DNA of 64,000 bases from Promethearchaeota archaeon (GCA_019058295.1 JAHPZI010000021.1:64001-128000), one strand, 5' to 3'; shown: positions 37,567 to 48,739, numbered from the stretch's first letter. Made by a program: numbers and translations. Notes: generated by a model from the letters alone, not told the origin.

Positions 37567-39096
37567 TCAAATATTTAACTCATCGGTAAGAACAATTTCT
37601 GCTGCCAAGCTACCCGTATACATAGAAACTGGAAATCCCCCTAAAAAAGGTTCAAGTACTGAATAGATCCCCACCATTAATAAGTGATCAATCGGAGTTG
37701 TTATTAATAATTTATTATTTAATCTAACTTTAGTTAGGTCCCGCCCCCATCCCGCTATGGATCCTTTAGTTCGCTGACCCCAGTCTCTATAGGTTAGAGG
37801 GGTTGCGATCTCCATAACCTCAATTGCTTCTGATAACCCTGGCAAAATTTTTTCAACGGTCTTTATTAATTTTTCAGCTAGATCCCGCTTATATTCTTTA
37901 TATCCTTGTTTTCTCTTTTTTTCTCCTGTACGCCAAGGATCCCAATGGGAATAAGGCATGTTAACTCTCAATACTAAACTTTTTTTACCTGGTGGGACAA
38001 AATTTAGGGAGTTATTAGACCATAGACATATTTCAATTTCCTTATTTGCAAAATCAATAAAATCGTTGGCAGATTCTTCGTTTAATACACTGCGGTAGAA
38101 AAGATGATTTGTTCGAATTTTTTTTAGATCAACCTTTTCAGGTGCGATACCGAGATACACGCAGAGTTCAGAACCAGTGTAAGGTGTTTTTTGGACAGAT
38201 TTTATAAAATTCTTCTCTAACTCCTTAGGATCGATCATTTCTAAAATCACTTTTTTATAATCTGCATTAGCGATAATCCACTCAGCATTAAAATTCTTCC
38301 CATCAATAGTTTCCACGCCGGTAGCTTGATTATTGTTAATTAAAATTTTTCTCACTGGCGTTCTTAGCATAGTCACTCCTCCATGCTTTTCAAATATTCC
38401 ATGCAATATCTCATTAATTTCTGAAATGCCTTTCGAAGGAAACCATATTCCCTTAATAGACATTACATTCCACATAAATGCCAAATGCACGACTGACATT
38501 ACCGGTGAGTAAGTTCCTTGGGATCCAATCAATCTTTTCAAACTTTCATTTGACAAATAGCGATCTAAAAACTCTCGGGAACTTAAATGATCGTATTTCT
38601 CAATTATTTCAAGCTGCTCTTGATAGCTATTAATCTGTTCTTCTGCTCTCTGCTTATTTTTTCCAAGTAAATAATCGGGATGCCGCTCCTGGACTTTTGA
38701 AATGGAATCGATCACAATAGACAACTCGTTGAATACCATTTCAATTCCATCTTTCTCTTCTTTAAATAGACCTTGAAGAGTTTCTTTAAATTTTTCCCAT
38801 TCTTTTGAATAAATTACATCTATTTCGGGAGAGAGAAGCTGAAAATGGTTTCTCTGAAATTTTAACTCTCCTTCAAATCCTATTTCCTCCAAAATCTGCT
38901 TTACAACATCAGGGAAACTGAAGGATAATGGTCCCATTGGAAAAGTATATCCTTTTCTTTTAAATGTGTGGCTGGTGCCTCCGATATGATGGATTTTCTC
39001 TAATAATAATACCTCCTTTCCTCTATTAGCGAGTTTCGCAGCACAAGTCAACCCACCTATTCCCGCTCCAATTATTATCGCATCGTACAAATTCAA
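37567..39096 (-). CDS. phytoene desaturase-like FAD/NAD(P)-dependent oxidoreductase
   Basis: IGAGIGGL, LEK…GG, ATPLTY…GSIAGW. Confidence 0.88.
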   Translation of the reverse strand: MNLYDAIIIGAGIGGLTCAAKLANRGKEVLLLEKIHHIGGTSHTFKRKGYTFPMGPLSFSFPDVVKQILEEIGFEGELKFQRNHFQLLSPEIDVIYSKEWEKFKETLQGLFKEEKDGIEMVFNELSIVIDSISKVQERHPDYLLGKNKQRAEEQINSYQEQLEIIEKYDHLSSREFLDRYLSNESLKRLIGSQGTYSPVMSVVHLAFMWNVMSIKGIWFPSKGISEINEILHGIFEKHGGVTMLRTPVRKILINNNQATGVETIDGKNFNAEWIIANADYKKVILEMIDPKELEKNFIKSVQKTPYTGSELCVYLGIAPEKVDLKKIRTNHLFYRSVLNEESANDFIDFANKEIEICLWSNNSLNFVPPGKKSLVLRVNMPYSHWDPWRTGEKKRKQGYKEYKRDLAEKLIKTVEKILPGLSEAIEVMEIATPLTYRDWGQRTKGSIAGWGRDLTKVRLNNKLLITTPIDHLLMVGIYSVLEPFLGGFPVSMYTGSLAAEIVLTDELNI

Positions 39097-39217
39097 TCTC
39101 TCTTTGCATTTTTTATATAATACTTTTGGGATGGGTTATTAATGAACTTATCATTAATCCCAATATACAAATATGAATTTAAACGTGGAAATAGCTAAAA
39201 GAAATTACAGACGCTCA

Positions 39218-41002
39218 TTAAATAGGTTTTCCCTCATTATCCCATCCACGGAGCTCATAATAATCTTTAAGCAAATCTTGTAGCGGTGGAACATTCTTCC
39301 TAGTGCCTCCTTTATCTAGTGGAGTTGAAAAACGAGTTCCATAGGTGTCGTCGTCTTTAGTTGTTCCACATTTGAGGTTGTAACTTCTCTTCATATTGAA
39401 TATTCTTTCTCCTGCTTCAATCCACGATTCAATTGAATAAGACCTTCCTGTTATAGCATTTAGAGCATTAACCCAGGGTGTAAGTTTATTTGTAAACCAA
39501 TATCCAAAAATACATCCCCCACACGCTGAATATGCTTCGCTACCATTTTGAACTTTAATTAAAATTTCTGCTACATCCTTATCGCTACTAAAACGATTAA
39601 TACCTCCGGTTAAATTGATTTCTTCCTTAAGATTCATATAAGATGATACATGCATCGGCTCATAACAATGATAAGCACCTCTTGGAGTCGTTGCGTAATC
39701 TAAAGCGGTTAAATTATTTGCTCGAGGTTCATGAGCAGGGATTTCAAGACCTTTACCATGCATTGAGAGTTCCTCGGGTAAACCCTTTTTTTCGCAGAAA
39801 GCTCGAACACCTTGTGAAAGTTCATCTCCAATTCCTTCGCGATTAGCAATCATATTGATTAATTTTTCAATTGGTTCAATAGCCCCCCAAATTTGATCTT
39901 CAGAAAATCCTAACTGCTGAAGATCGTATTTAATTAATTTTCGATCAATTGATTCAAGAAAACATGCTATAACTGCCCCTAAAGAAATAGAATCTAATCC
40001 TAAGTCATTTATTATCAAATTCCATTTTATAACTGTTTCTAAATCATCAACGAGGAGATTAGATCCTATCATTCCAAGTGTTTCATATTCTGGTCGAGAA
40101 ACCCATTCACCATTATATTCAATAAATCCTCTACAAGCTGTTGGACAATTAAAGCACCCGTGTTTTTTAACTTCCCCACGAGCATTAATCGCTTTCGCTC
40201 CAAGATTTTTTATTCCAATCCATCGGCCCGTTGAATAATTCTTAATTATTACATCTCCAACGCTATACATGGAGTCAATATGTACTGGAGTTCCAGAATC
40301 CGCCATCACCATGGCTAAAGCGTCGTTTTTTATAAGTTCTCTTATGTCTTTTGCAGCTTCATTTAATTTTTCTTTATTATTAACTTGGACTTTTCCGGTA
40401 CCTTTAACAACAATAGCTTTTAACTTTTTGCTTCCCATGATAGCACCTAATCCACATCGTCCAGCAGCATGATGGTTGTCGTTAATAATACAAGCGATAT
40501 TCACAAGATTTTCCCCCGCAATCCCTATAGTGGCAACCTTAATTTTATCATCTCCCTGAAGCTCCTTTAATTTTTCTGTAGTTTCTTGAGTTCCACATCC
40601 CCATAAATCTTTTGCACTTAAAATCTCAGCTTCTCCATCTTTAATGCATAAATAAACGGGATTCTCGCTTTTACCTTTAATTATAACTAAATCAAATCCC
40701 GCACATTTTAATTCTTTTCCAAAAAAACCTCCTGAGGAAGCTTCCCCTATTATTTTTGTGAGAGGGGATTTGGCCATTACAAAATGTCTTCCGCAAAATG
40801 GCACAGCGGTTCCGCAATAAGGACCAACAGAAAAAATAAGAAGGTTTTCTCCGTCAAAAGGATTTATATTTGGATCTAATTCTCGCGTAACTATAGAGGT
40901 TGCAACTCCCATACCACCCAAAAATTTTTCTTCATCCTCAGCTTGGATTTCTTCAAAAGAAATATCTTTATTATCTAAATTTATTCTAAGAATTTTTCCC
41001 AT
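39218..41002 (-). CDS. aldehyde:ferredoxin oxidoreductase (W-dependent AOR family)
   Basis: KSPLT, AAGRCGLGAIMGSKKLKAI, CFNCPTAC, PEYET, LGLDSIS, YYELRGWD. Confidence 0.93.
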   Translation of the reverse strand: MGKILRINLDNKDISFEEIQAEDEEKFLGGMGVATSIVTRELDPNINPFDGENLLIFSVGPYCGTAVPFCGRHFVMAKSPLTKIIGEASSGGFFGKELKCAGFDLVIIKGKSENPVYLCIKDGEAEILSAKDLWGCGTQETTEKLKELQGDDKIKVATIGIAGENLVNIACIINDNHHAAGRCGLGAIMGSKKLKAIVVKGTGKVQVNNKEKLNEAAKDIRELIKNDALAMVMADSGTPVHIDSMYSVGDVIIKNYSTGRWIGIKNLGAKAINARGEVKKHGCFNCPTACRGFIEYNGEWVSRPEYETLGMIGSNLLVDDLETVIKWNLIINDLGLDSISLGAVIACFLESIDRKLIKYDLQQLGFSEDQIWGAIEPIEKLINMIANREGIGDELSQGVRAFCEKKGLPEELSMHGKGLEIPAHEPRANNLTALDYATTPRGAYHCYEPMHVSSYMNLKEEINLTGGINRFSSDKDVAEILIKVQNGSEAYSACGGCIFGYWFTNKLTPWVNALNAITGRSYSIESWIEAGERIFNMKRSYNLKCGTTKDDDTYGTRFSTPLDKGGTRKNVPPLQDLLKDYYELRGWDNEGKPI

Positions 41003-41102
41003 TATTCATCCCTAATATTTATTAGTATAAAACCAATTCTCACTGTTTTTAATATTAATTTTTAAATTCATTACATAGAATATTTTTTTTGATTTAAATT
41101 TT

Positions 41103-41127
41103 AATTCCATTCCAAATTCATCAAAAT
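41103..41127 (+). pseudogene. possible short trpG remnant (FHPESIKM-like)
   Basis: AATTCCATTCCAAATTCATCAAAAT, 17/20 identical to the 51658-51677 part of another remnant; short and AT-rich. Confidence 0.3.
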
Positions 41128-41141
41128 ACTAAGTATTTCAG

Positions 41142-42791
41142 CTATTCAGCTTTTGGAATAGAATGTCTCAGCACCTTGCCATTTAAAGCTCCCGTGTGCT
41201 TGCCGTGATCGCATGTGATTTCCCCATTAACAATCACATACTCAATTCCTTCGGGAAATTGATTTCCATTTTCAATTGTACCCATTTCTTTAATGAGTTT
41301 ATAGTTAAATATGACAAGATCTGCTTTATATCCTTCCTTAATTACGCCTCTATCTTTGATTTGGAGAATCGACGCTGGGAGAGAAGTCATCTTTCTTATG
41401 GCTTCTTCCAATGATATAATTTTCATTTCTCGCACCCATCTCGAAATAACTCTGGGAAAGGCACCATAAGCACGAGGATGACTATTTCCACCTATATTTA
41501 GATTAGCATCTGAGCTCGCGCAAGAAAATGGTTGTTTATAAAAAGGAATTACGCTCTTTTCCTCGTCTTTCATCATATGGATTATTAATACTCCTCCTTC
41601 TTCGTCTCGCATAAAATCCAACATAGAATCTTCCAATTTTTTCCCAGGGTAAAGTTTTGTGAGCGTTTCATGCATGGTTTTTCCGAGAAACTGGCGATTA
41701 TTATTAACGTGAAGAAGTTTTACGCTTTTTGCGATTTTAGGATAGGCGAGTCGTTTCAACAAAAATTTAGGGATTAATCGGACAATAAAAGGGGCATCAG
41801 CTAAAAAGGCAGACGATAATCTCTCCCATACTTCCTTTTTAATTTGGTTTCTGGTTTTGGGATTGGACAAATTTTCTATGAAGTTTTCGAATACCCATGT
41901 ATTTAATAATACAAACGGAAGACTGGTAACGCCATCATCATAGGGTACTACATCAGCAGTAATCTCTATTCCTCCGTCTCGTGTATCTTCTAATAATTGA
42001 ATGGCTTCTTTAACTAATTCTTCGGTATTATATTGGCTTAAAGTCATCCAATGTGAAATATGAGCCCTAACATTAGCTTCTTGGGCTATACGAATGATTT
42101 CCTTCATTCCAATTTCAATGAACTTCGCACCATTATTTCTCAAATGAGAATTATAAATTCCATCATATTTACTTACTACCTTGGAAAGTTCGATAAATTC
42201 TTCAGTATCTGTAGTGGATCCTGGGGGATAATCTAAGCCAGTAGACAATCCAAATGCCCCAAATTCCATCCCTTCTCTGACTATCTGCTTCATTTGTGAC
42301 AGTTCTTCTTGGGTTGCTTGGCGCATGTCTGCTCCCATTACGCAAGTTCTTATATTTATATGGGGGACCATAAAGGCCAAATTGAGAGAAACCCCCATCT
42401 CCTCTAAAGCTCTCCTCATTTCCTGAAAGTCCCTGTAGATCGTAGGAGACACTCCCATTGCTATCGAAATAAACTCTTTATAAAATTTAATGAGGAAATC
42501 ATTGGCAGGGGCAATTCCTAGACCACACACGCTAACTAATAAAGTTGTCATTCCTTGCATAACAAAAGATTCTGCTTTGTTCGCATCGACAATATTTAAA
42601 TCAGCGTGGTTATGGATGTCTATAAATCCCGGGGACACAATTGTATTCGAGGCATCAATAAGTTTCGCGTTATCTGCAGTGAGATCAGAGCCAATTTTAA
42701 CGATTTTATCCCCTTTAACAAGAACATCTGCTTTATATTTTGGTGTTCCTGTTCCATCAACTATAAGTCCATTTTTTATTAGAATATTCAT
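41142..42791 (-). CDS. N-acyl-D-amino-acid deacylase (D-aminoacylase) family amidohydrolase
   Basis: NGLIVDGTG, PGFIDIHNHAD, GLSTGLDYPPG, HPRAYGAFPR, KMTSLPA. Confidence 0.92.
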   Translation of the reverse strand: MNILIKNGLIVDGTGTPKYKADVLVKGDKIVKIGSDLTADNAKLIDASNTIVSPGFIDIHNHADLNIVDANKAESFVMQGMTTLLVSVCGLGIAPANDFLIKFYKEFISIAMGVSPTIYRDFQEMRRALEEMGVSLNLAFMVPHINIRTCVMGADMRQATQEELSQMKQIVREGMEFGAFGLSTGLDYPPGSTTDTEEFIELSKVVSKYDGIYNSHLRNNGAKFIEIGMKEIIRIAQEANVRAHISHWMTLSQYNTEELVKEAIQLLEDTRDGGIEITADVVPYDDGVTSLPFVLLNTWVFENFIENLSNPKTRNQIKKEVWERLSSAFLADAPFIVRLIPKFLLKRLAYPKIAKSVKLLHVNNNRQFLGKTMHETLTKLYPGKKLEDSMLDFMRDEEGGVLIIHMMKDEEKSVIPFYKQPFSCASSDANLNIGGNSHPRAYGAFPRVISRWVREMKIISLEEAIRKMTSLPASILQIKDRGVIKEGYKADLVIFNYKLIKEMGTIENGNQFPEGIEYVIVNGEITCDHGKHTGALNGKVLRHSIPKAE

Positions 42792-42851
42792 TTTCAAACA
42801 AAATAACATTGATTTTATAACATAAAAATCTTTTACCTTTCAGAGATATAA

Positions 42852-42887
42852 ATAAAAATGAATCCCCAAGGAATGTAGATACTAAAG
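42852..42887 (+). pseudogene. probable short trpG remnant
   Basis: Translates IKMNPQGM*ILK vs IKMKP(Y/H)G(I/M)Q(L/I)LK; 26/36 nt match to trpG. Confidence 0.45.
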
Positions 42888-42956
42888 AGTATAAAAAAAA
42901 TTTGAGTTTATTAACAAAAAATAAAGTTATATAGAGAAGCGTTTTTAAATATAAAT

Positions 42957-44030
42957 ATGCCGGTATTAAATAAACGATTATTAAGACCAGATGTAAAGAA
43001 ACTCCAGCAAAGGAGTCAAAAAATAATAACAAAAGGAGCACTCGAAATAGCGGAAAAGGAAGGGATTGACATTATTAATATGCTCCTTATTATTTCAGAG
43101 GGAAATAAACGATTCTACCAAATACTCGAATCTGGAGAAGGTAAAATAGAAGATCTTTATGATCTTATAAACAGAGACCAAATGAAACAGTTAGCAAAAG
43201 TTTTTCGAGGTGCTATGGAATATAAGGGGAAGATTCTTCAGGAACAGCATCCATTATCTCCAGATGTAAAAATTGAAAGGGTTGATGCTGGGGGAGTACC
43301 CGCAGAATGGGAAATCTCTGAGGGTGTTGATGAGGATAAAGTTCTATTATTTTTCCATGGGGGAGGACATGTACTAGGATCTCCAGCTTCTAGTCGTCCT
43401 TATTCCGTTGAGATTGGAAAAGCTGCAAATATAAAAGTATTAAGTGTGGATTATGCTCTTGCTCCAGAACATCCATTCCCTGAGGGGCCAAATGATTGCT
43501 TAACATCTTATAAATGGCTTCTTTCCCAAGGTTTTAAACCAGAAAATATAATTGTTGGTGGAGCTTCAGCAGGTGGAAATATGACTCTCGTAACACTTCT
43601 TAAAATTAAAGAGGAGGGTATAACAATGCCTAGAGGTGCAATAGTTCTATCTCCTGGTATTGATTATACTACAAACAGTAAAACCATACTAGAGAATGCC
43701 CCTACAGATTGTGTAATGGCAGATGTAGGCGTTTTTTGGTGGATTCCCGCATATCTTGATGGAGCTAATCCTAATGATCCACTTGTATGTCCAATATTTG
43801 CTGATTTTACCGGATTTCCTCCAATTTTAGTACAAGTAAGCACAAGTGAGATGGTTTATGATCATTCAACTAGATTAGTGGAATTCTCTAAAGCAGCAGG
43901 TGTTGATGCCACGTTACAAGAATGGGATGATATGCCTCATGTCTGGCAAAACTATGGTCTTTATGATCTTCCTGAAGCAAAAGAAGCTATAGAGAAAATT
44001 GGGCAATTTGTAAAGGGACTATTTGGTTAA
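42957..44030 (+). CDS. alpha/beta hydrolase, HSL (family IV) esterase
   Basis: HGGG, DYALAPEHPFP, GASAGG, MPHVW. Confidence 0.92.
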   Translation: MPVLNKRLLRPDVKKLQQRSQKIITKGALEIAEKEGIDIINMLLIISEGNKRFYQILESGEGKIEDLYDLINRDQMKQLAKVFRGAMEYKGKILQEQHPLSPDVKIERVDAGGVPAEWEISEGVDEDKVLLFFHGGGHVLGSPASSRPYSVEIGKAANIKVLSVDYALAPEHPFPEGPNDCLTSYKWLLSQGFKPENIIVGGASAGGNMTLVTLLKIKEEGITMPRGAIVLSPGIDYTTNSKTILENAPTDCVMADVGVFWWIPAYLDGANPNDPLVCPIFADFTGFPPILVQVSTSEMVYDHSTRLVEFSKAAGVDATLQEWDDMPHVWQNYGLYDLPEAKEAIEKIGQFVKGLFG

Positions 44031-44083
44031 GTATGAAGTATTTAATTCCCTTTATTAGAATGATATGATTTGAGTAAATAAAG

Positions 44084-45325
44084 CTAATTTTTTTCATTAT
44101 ATTCATGAACTGCTTCGAGAGCTGCTACAATATTTTCAGGTGGGACATCTGGTAAAATATTATGAATAGTATTCCATACATAACCTCCTCCAGGAGCAAA
44201 TATCTCAAGTAGATTTGTTACATGTTCTTTAACTTCTGGGGGTGATTTAACATTTAAGACATGACGTGTATCTACTCCGCCTCCCCAGAAAGTAATGTCA
44301 TCCCCAAATTCCTGCTTTAAGAATTTTGGATCCATACCTTTAACGTTTATTTGGACGGGATTTAAAATATCAATCCCAATTTCGATCAAATCAGGAATTA
44401 TTGGAGCAATTGCTCCGCAAGAATGGAAGAATATCTTCCAATTCGAATGTTTTTTTACATAATCGCAAGCAGCTTCAAGCCGAGGTTTAAATAATTTCTT
44501 AAAAATTCTTGGACTAAAAAGAGGCCCATGGTTTTCCCCGTAATCGTCCCCAAACACAATTATATCTACTGTATCTCCAAGATACTTGCAACTCAGAGAG
44601 AGCGAAGCAAGCTGAAATTCCATTAAAATATCTAAAAATTTGTCAACTTTATTGGTATACCTTATTATATCTACTAGAACTTTATCCATCTTCTTTAATA
44701 CCGTCATAAATTGAAAAAAACTTATACCACCATTCAACATTAATGCTCTTTCACTATTATTCTTTAATTCAATAGATCTTCTCTTTAAATTACGCCAGAA
44801 TCCTCTTTCTCCCAAATGGTTGAAGGGTGGAGGGATCATAGATATTGCATTTTTCATTAGAAGGGATAATAATAATTGAGAATTATTAGGATAATCATCT
44901 TCAATTGGATAATAAACTTGGTCAATTACCAACGCAGCTGCTGACATACTTGCTACAACTTTACCATCATGACGACATACATCCACAGACCCATCAGAAT
45001 TAAACCGCGGTTTAAATGTTCTGGGAAACTGCGCTTGAATTCCATTAACTTCTACATCATACCATTCCTCATCCGAATCTGTGAATACCCTTCCGACATC
45101 CAAGCAATCCGCTTTAAAGTAGTCTAACATCTCATCCTCGATTTCTGCAAGCTGTTGACCAACATCATGAATGCGCGTATGACCTCCTTTTATACCTAAA
45201 TGTTCTTTTAGCTTGGTATAGGCAATAGCATGTATGCCTGTCTGCAAAGTAGCTCCAATATCTATAGGGACTCTATCCGGTTCTTTATGGTTAATAGCCG
45301 CAAGAATACGCTCTCTACTATTCAT
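44084..45325 (-). CDS. uroporphyrinogen decarboxylase / MtaA-CmuA-like family protein
   Basis: MNSRER…EPDRVP, GDDYG, FFHSCG, LNPVQ, FWGGGVD, HNILPDVPPENI. Confidence 0.88.
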   Translation of the reverse strand: MNSRERILAAINHKEPDRVPIDIGATLQTGIHAIAYTKLKEHLGIKGGHTRIHDVGQQLAEIEDEMLDYFKADCLDVGRVFTDSDEEWYDVEVNGIQAQFPRTFKPRFNSDGSVDVCRHDGKVVASMSAAALVIDQVYYPIEDDYPNNSQLLLSLLMKNAISMIPPPFNHLGERGFWRNLKRRSIELKNNSERALMLNGGISFFQFMTVLKKMDKVLVDIIRYTNKVDKFLDILMEFQLASLSLSCKYLGDTVDIIVFGDDYGENHGPLFSPRIFKKLFKPRLEAACDYVKKHSNWKIFFHSCGAIAPIIPDLIEIGIDILNPVQINVKGMDPKFLKQEFGDDITFWGGGVDTRHVLNVKSPPEVKEHVTNLLEIFAPGGGYVWNTIHNILPDVPPENIVAALEAVHEYNEKN

Positions 45326-45580
45326 TTTATTTTCATCTCTAATAGATATTTTTATATTTTTATTTTTTCATTAAAAACGCTTGCACACGAGTTTAAAATT
45401 TGAGATTCTTAATATTATTATTGTTTACAATAATCATATTAAAGAAAGAAGGTTATTTAAAATAATATTTGATTGGCATCGTAAAACAACTGCCTAAATT
45501 AATTTTTTATAATACATATCTTTCTAATAGTCATAGATATTGGAAAGATTTTATGTTTTTCAAGATTTATATTATTAACT

Positions 45581-46711
45581 ATGAGTAATTTTTCTGAAAG
45601 GATCCTTCGTACATTTGAACACAAACCCATCGATCGAATTGTATGGCAACCTCGAATAATGTATTGGTATTTTAGTAATCAAGTTCATAGGCTTACACCG
45701 GAAAAATACCAGAGCGTTGAACAATTTGTACCTAAAGAATATATAGGAAAAAGCATTAAGGAAGTATACAAAGATATAAATGCGTCTATTCGATATCCGG
45801 AGGAAACTTTCGGATTTGTAATATTTAACGAGGTTAAGAAAGCTAATCATCAAATCAGAATAAAAAGGATTAGATCAAAAGATAAGAAACATGTTATGAA
45901 AACCATAACACCCGTTGGTGAAGTGAGTCAGATAATTAAAGAAGAGCGGATTCTTGAGTTTCCTGTCAAAAGAATTGAGGATCTTAAAGTTATCAAGTAT
46001 ATAGAGGAACAAACTGATCTTGTGTTCAATGAATTCATGTACGAAAAAGCTAAAAAGGAAATGCAGGATTTTGGTATTCCAACTAGCTATTATTTCCGGT
46101 CCCCGTATATGAAATGCGTTCTTTCGTATTTAGGACTCGAACGAACAATCATTTATTTACGGAGGTACAAGTCAGAAATGGAAGATTTCTTACATTATCT
46201 CGAGGATATTGATCTTGGCAAATATAAGAGAGTCATAACAAAATGTCCCTTAAAGCTATTAAACTTTGGCGAGAATATAGACCACCATCTTTCCTCCCCG
46301 CCATATTTTGAAAAATATCTTTTAGAATATTACGAAACGAGGGTTAAACTGCTCCACAATGTAAATAAATTCGCATTTATTCATATTGATGGGTCTTTTA
46401 AGCATCTTTTACCATACCTTCCTTCAATGTCTTTCGATGGCTACGAGGCACTGACACCACCTCCTCAGGGAGATGTCCCCATAGAATCCATAGCTAAATC
46501 AATAGGAGATTCCGGAAAAATTGTACTTGATGTAATTCCAGCAACGCTTTTCTTGCGAAATTTCAAAGAATTAAAATTAATTGAGAAAACCAAGAAAATT
46601 CTCGAACTTTTCTCGCCCAACTTAATATTAGGAATAAGCGACGAATTATGCCACGGAGATGGGAGAAGATTGAAGACTGTTTCGAGAATTGTTGGTAAGT
46701 TTGAACCCTAA
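45581..46711 (+). CDS. URO-D-like TIM-barrel family protein
   Basis: NFGEN…SPPYFEKY, HIDG, EALTPPPQGD, LILGISD. Confidence 0.7.
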   Translation: MSNFSERILRTFEHKPIDRIVWQPRIMYWYFSNQVHRLTPEKYQSVEQFVPKEYIGKSIKEVYKDINASIRYPEETFGFVIFNEVKKANHQIRIKRIRSKDKKHVMKTITPVGEVSQIIKEERILEFPVKRIEDLKVIKYIEEQTDLVFNEFMYEKAKKEMQDFGIPTSYYFRSPYMKCVLSYLGLERTIIYLRRYKSEMEDFLHYLEDIDLGKYKRVITKCPLKLLNFGENIDHHLSSPPYFEKYLLEYYETRVKLLHNVNKFAFIHIDGSFKHLLPYLPSMSFDGYEALTPPPQGDVPIESIAKSIGDSGKIVLDVIPATLFLRNFKELKLIEKTKKILELFSPNLILGISDELCHGDGRRLKTVSRIVGKFEP

Positions 46712-46764
46712 TAGTAATTATTGCGTTCAATAAGTTTTTTATTATTTAATTTTTTTTCTCAGTC

Positions 46765-47637
46765 ATGAGTGAATTTTTTAATAAATATAAAGGAACGATC
46801 ATAGGAATTGTTTTTATCACTGCGGGGATGCTTTTTTTCCTTATCATAGAAATTTTTCAGATTTGGACTAGACCCCGAAGCGCAGGCCCTACTGGTTTCT
46901 GCGAATATTATGATCCGAATCTGCTAATAGGAGAACCTATGAATGCATGGTCCAACTTTTATTTTATTGGAGCAGGAATGATCATTCTTATTTATTACGA
47001 CCTCCTCCGCATGGAAAAACTAAATAGAAGAGAAGTTTATATACATAGAGATGAAAATATGCATTATATTGTTACTTATGGCTTGTTAACAATATGGGTT
47101 GGAATAGCTAGCTTTTACATGCACGCCAGTTATGCGTGGACTCCATGGTTCTCCGCGGGCTTCTTAGACGTACTTTCCATGAATATGTACATGAGTGGAT
47201 TGTTAATAATGTCCTTGGCGATTCTTTTTGATATCAAAAAACGGAATCTATATATAATACTCCTTATAGATTTTATTTTAGTAGTAATTCTAATGAAAAT
47301 AGGTCTTCCTCTTATTAGTCTGGGAGGAGGAGGATTATTCGAATTGCTTTTAGTAATTGCTTTCATAAACGAGGTCTTGATTGGACTTGGAATATACTCA
47401 AGGGTTTTTAAGTATAAAGGGGCAAGACAAATTAAAAGAAATATTCTCATATTAGCTATCGCGGGAATTACATTCGGTGTATCATATTGGCTCTGGCATT
47501 TTGGTAAAAGAAACGCACCAACATGTGATCCTCACTCTTGGTGGCAGTGGCATGCAGTTTGGCATTTTCTTAATGCATGTGCTATGTTAATGATTGGTTT
47601 ATATATTCAGTCTGAAAGAGAAATAGAAATTAGCTAG
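46765..47637 (+). CDS. ceramidase-domain (CREST superfamily) membrane hydrolase
   Basis: FCE…EPMNAWSN, SFYMHAS (SxxxH), conserved Asp, QWHAVWH (HxxxH); about 7 TM segments. Confidence 0.82.
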   Translation: MSEFFNKYKGTIIGIVFITAGMLFFLIIEIFQIWTRPRSAGPTGFCEYYDPNLLIGEPMNAWSNFYFIGAGMIILIYYDLLRMEKLNRREVYIHRDENMHYIVTYGLLTIWVGIASFYMHASYAWTPWFSAGFLDVLSMNMYMSGLLIMSLAILFDIKKRNLYIILLIDFILVVILMKIGLPLISLGGGGLFELLLVIAFINEVLIGLGIYSRVFKYKGARQIKRNILILAIAGITFGVSYWLWHFGKRNAPTCDPHSWWQWHAVWHFLNACAMLMIGLYIQSEREIEIS

Positions 47638-47690
47638 TCTATCTTACTCATCTTATTTATTATTCCAAAAATTTTTTGACTAAGATTAAT

Positions 47691-48734
47691 TCATTTTGTA
47701 ATATCTCTAATGAAGTCAACTTCTTTTTGAATATATGGTGTTCCATCGGGATGAAATATATCATGAAACCATACTTCTGGTTCAGGATCTCCTTCCTTTG
47801 ACAACCATGGATAAATTGTTTGAGTTTTTCCTGCAACAAGCCCCCAATTAATACATCCCACATTTGCCTCTTTAAAAACCGGGAGATGAGTCTCAAAAAG
47901 ACTTGTTGGTCTAGCCATGTATTCAGTGCAAATTATTGGTCGACCGTGTTTTTTCAATTTGGATATTTGCCTTTTCAAGGATCTGAAGTTGGAATAATTA
48001 TGGAATGAAATAAAATCAGAAAGTGTTGACTGAATCCTATTAAACTCCTCAAATATTTTTACAGATACTTTTCTTTGATTCCAGATCCCAACGGTTAAAG
48101 GCTGTGATGGGTTTATTTCACGGGCCCACCGATACGTCTCGATCAATAATGGTAATGATTTTTCAAGCATTCGTTCATTACCTGGTTCATTATAGAGATC
48201 CCATCCTAAAATACGATTATCTTGAGAAAATTCTGTAAGAATTTCTTGCACGTATTGTTTTAACATTGGCCAGACGGATTTATCAACAACTCGCTTATTT
48301 CCAGGACTTGCAGCCCAACCAGAATTATGTATTCCTGGAATTGGTTCTGGTTGTTTACCTATTTTTGGATCTTGTACCCAACAATCATCAAAAAAAACAA
48401 AAAGAACTTTCATTTGATGTTTTTCACATATTTCAAGAAGTTCTTTAATCCGTTTTTTTAATCCTGAGGCATCTTGCTCCCATAATAAGTAATGCAAATA
48501 GATTCTTAATATATTAAAACCAATTGATCGTGCCCAACCAAGCTCTTTATCAATCTGATCACTATCAAAAGTATCGGCTTGAAACATTTCAAGCTGATTG
48601 ATAGCATTACTGGGAATAAAATTACATCCTACAAGCCAAGGGTGTTGCGCATACCATTCATTGGCTTTTTCTTTCGACCATGTTAATTTTTCTAAATCTG
48701 AATTATCAGTGTTCATTTTGCATGCGCCAACCAC
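47691..48734 (-). CDS. clan GH-A (GH5-like) glycoside hydrolase
   Basis: WDLYNEP acid/base and ICTEYMAR nucleophile motifs, NWGLVAGKTQT; start may be 48716. Confidence 0.85.
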   Translation of the reverse strand: MVGACKMNTDNSDLEKLTWSKEKANEWYAQHPWLVGCNFIPSNAINQLEMFQADTFDSDQIDKELGWARSIGFNILRIYLHYLLWEQDASGLKKRIKELLEICEKHQMKVLFVFFDDCWVQDPKIGKQPEPIPGIHNSGWAASPGNKRVVDKSVWPMLKQYVQEILTEFSQDNRILGWDLYNEPGNERMLEKSLPLLIETYRWAREINPSQPLTVGIWNQRKVSVKIFEEFNRIQSTLSDFISFHNYSNFRSLKRQISKLKKHGRPIICTEYMARPTSLFETHLPVFKEANVGCINWGLVAGKTQTIYPWLSKEGDPEPEVWFHDIFHPDGTPYIQKEVDFIRDITK

Positions 48735-48739
48735 TAGTA

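Noticed and set aside
39126-39163. Inverted repeat ATTAATGA-N5-TCATTAAT upstream of the phytoene-desaturase-like gene
   Set aside because: Single AT-rich occurrence; could be an operator but there is no second site or cognate regulator to support it.
44031-44065. Possible further trpG remnant (GAAGTATTTAATTCCC…ATTAGAATGA)
   Set aside because: Needs gaps, is short and AT-rich; not distinguishable from chance by eye.
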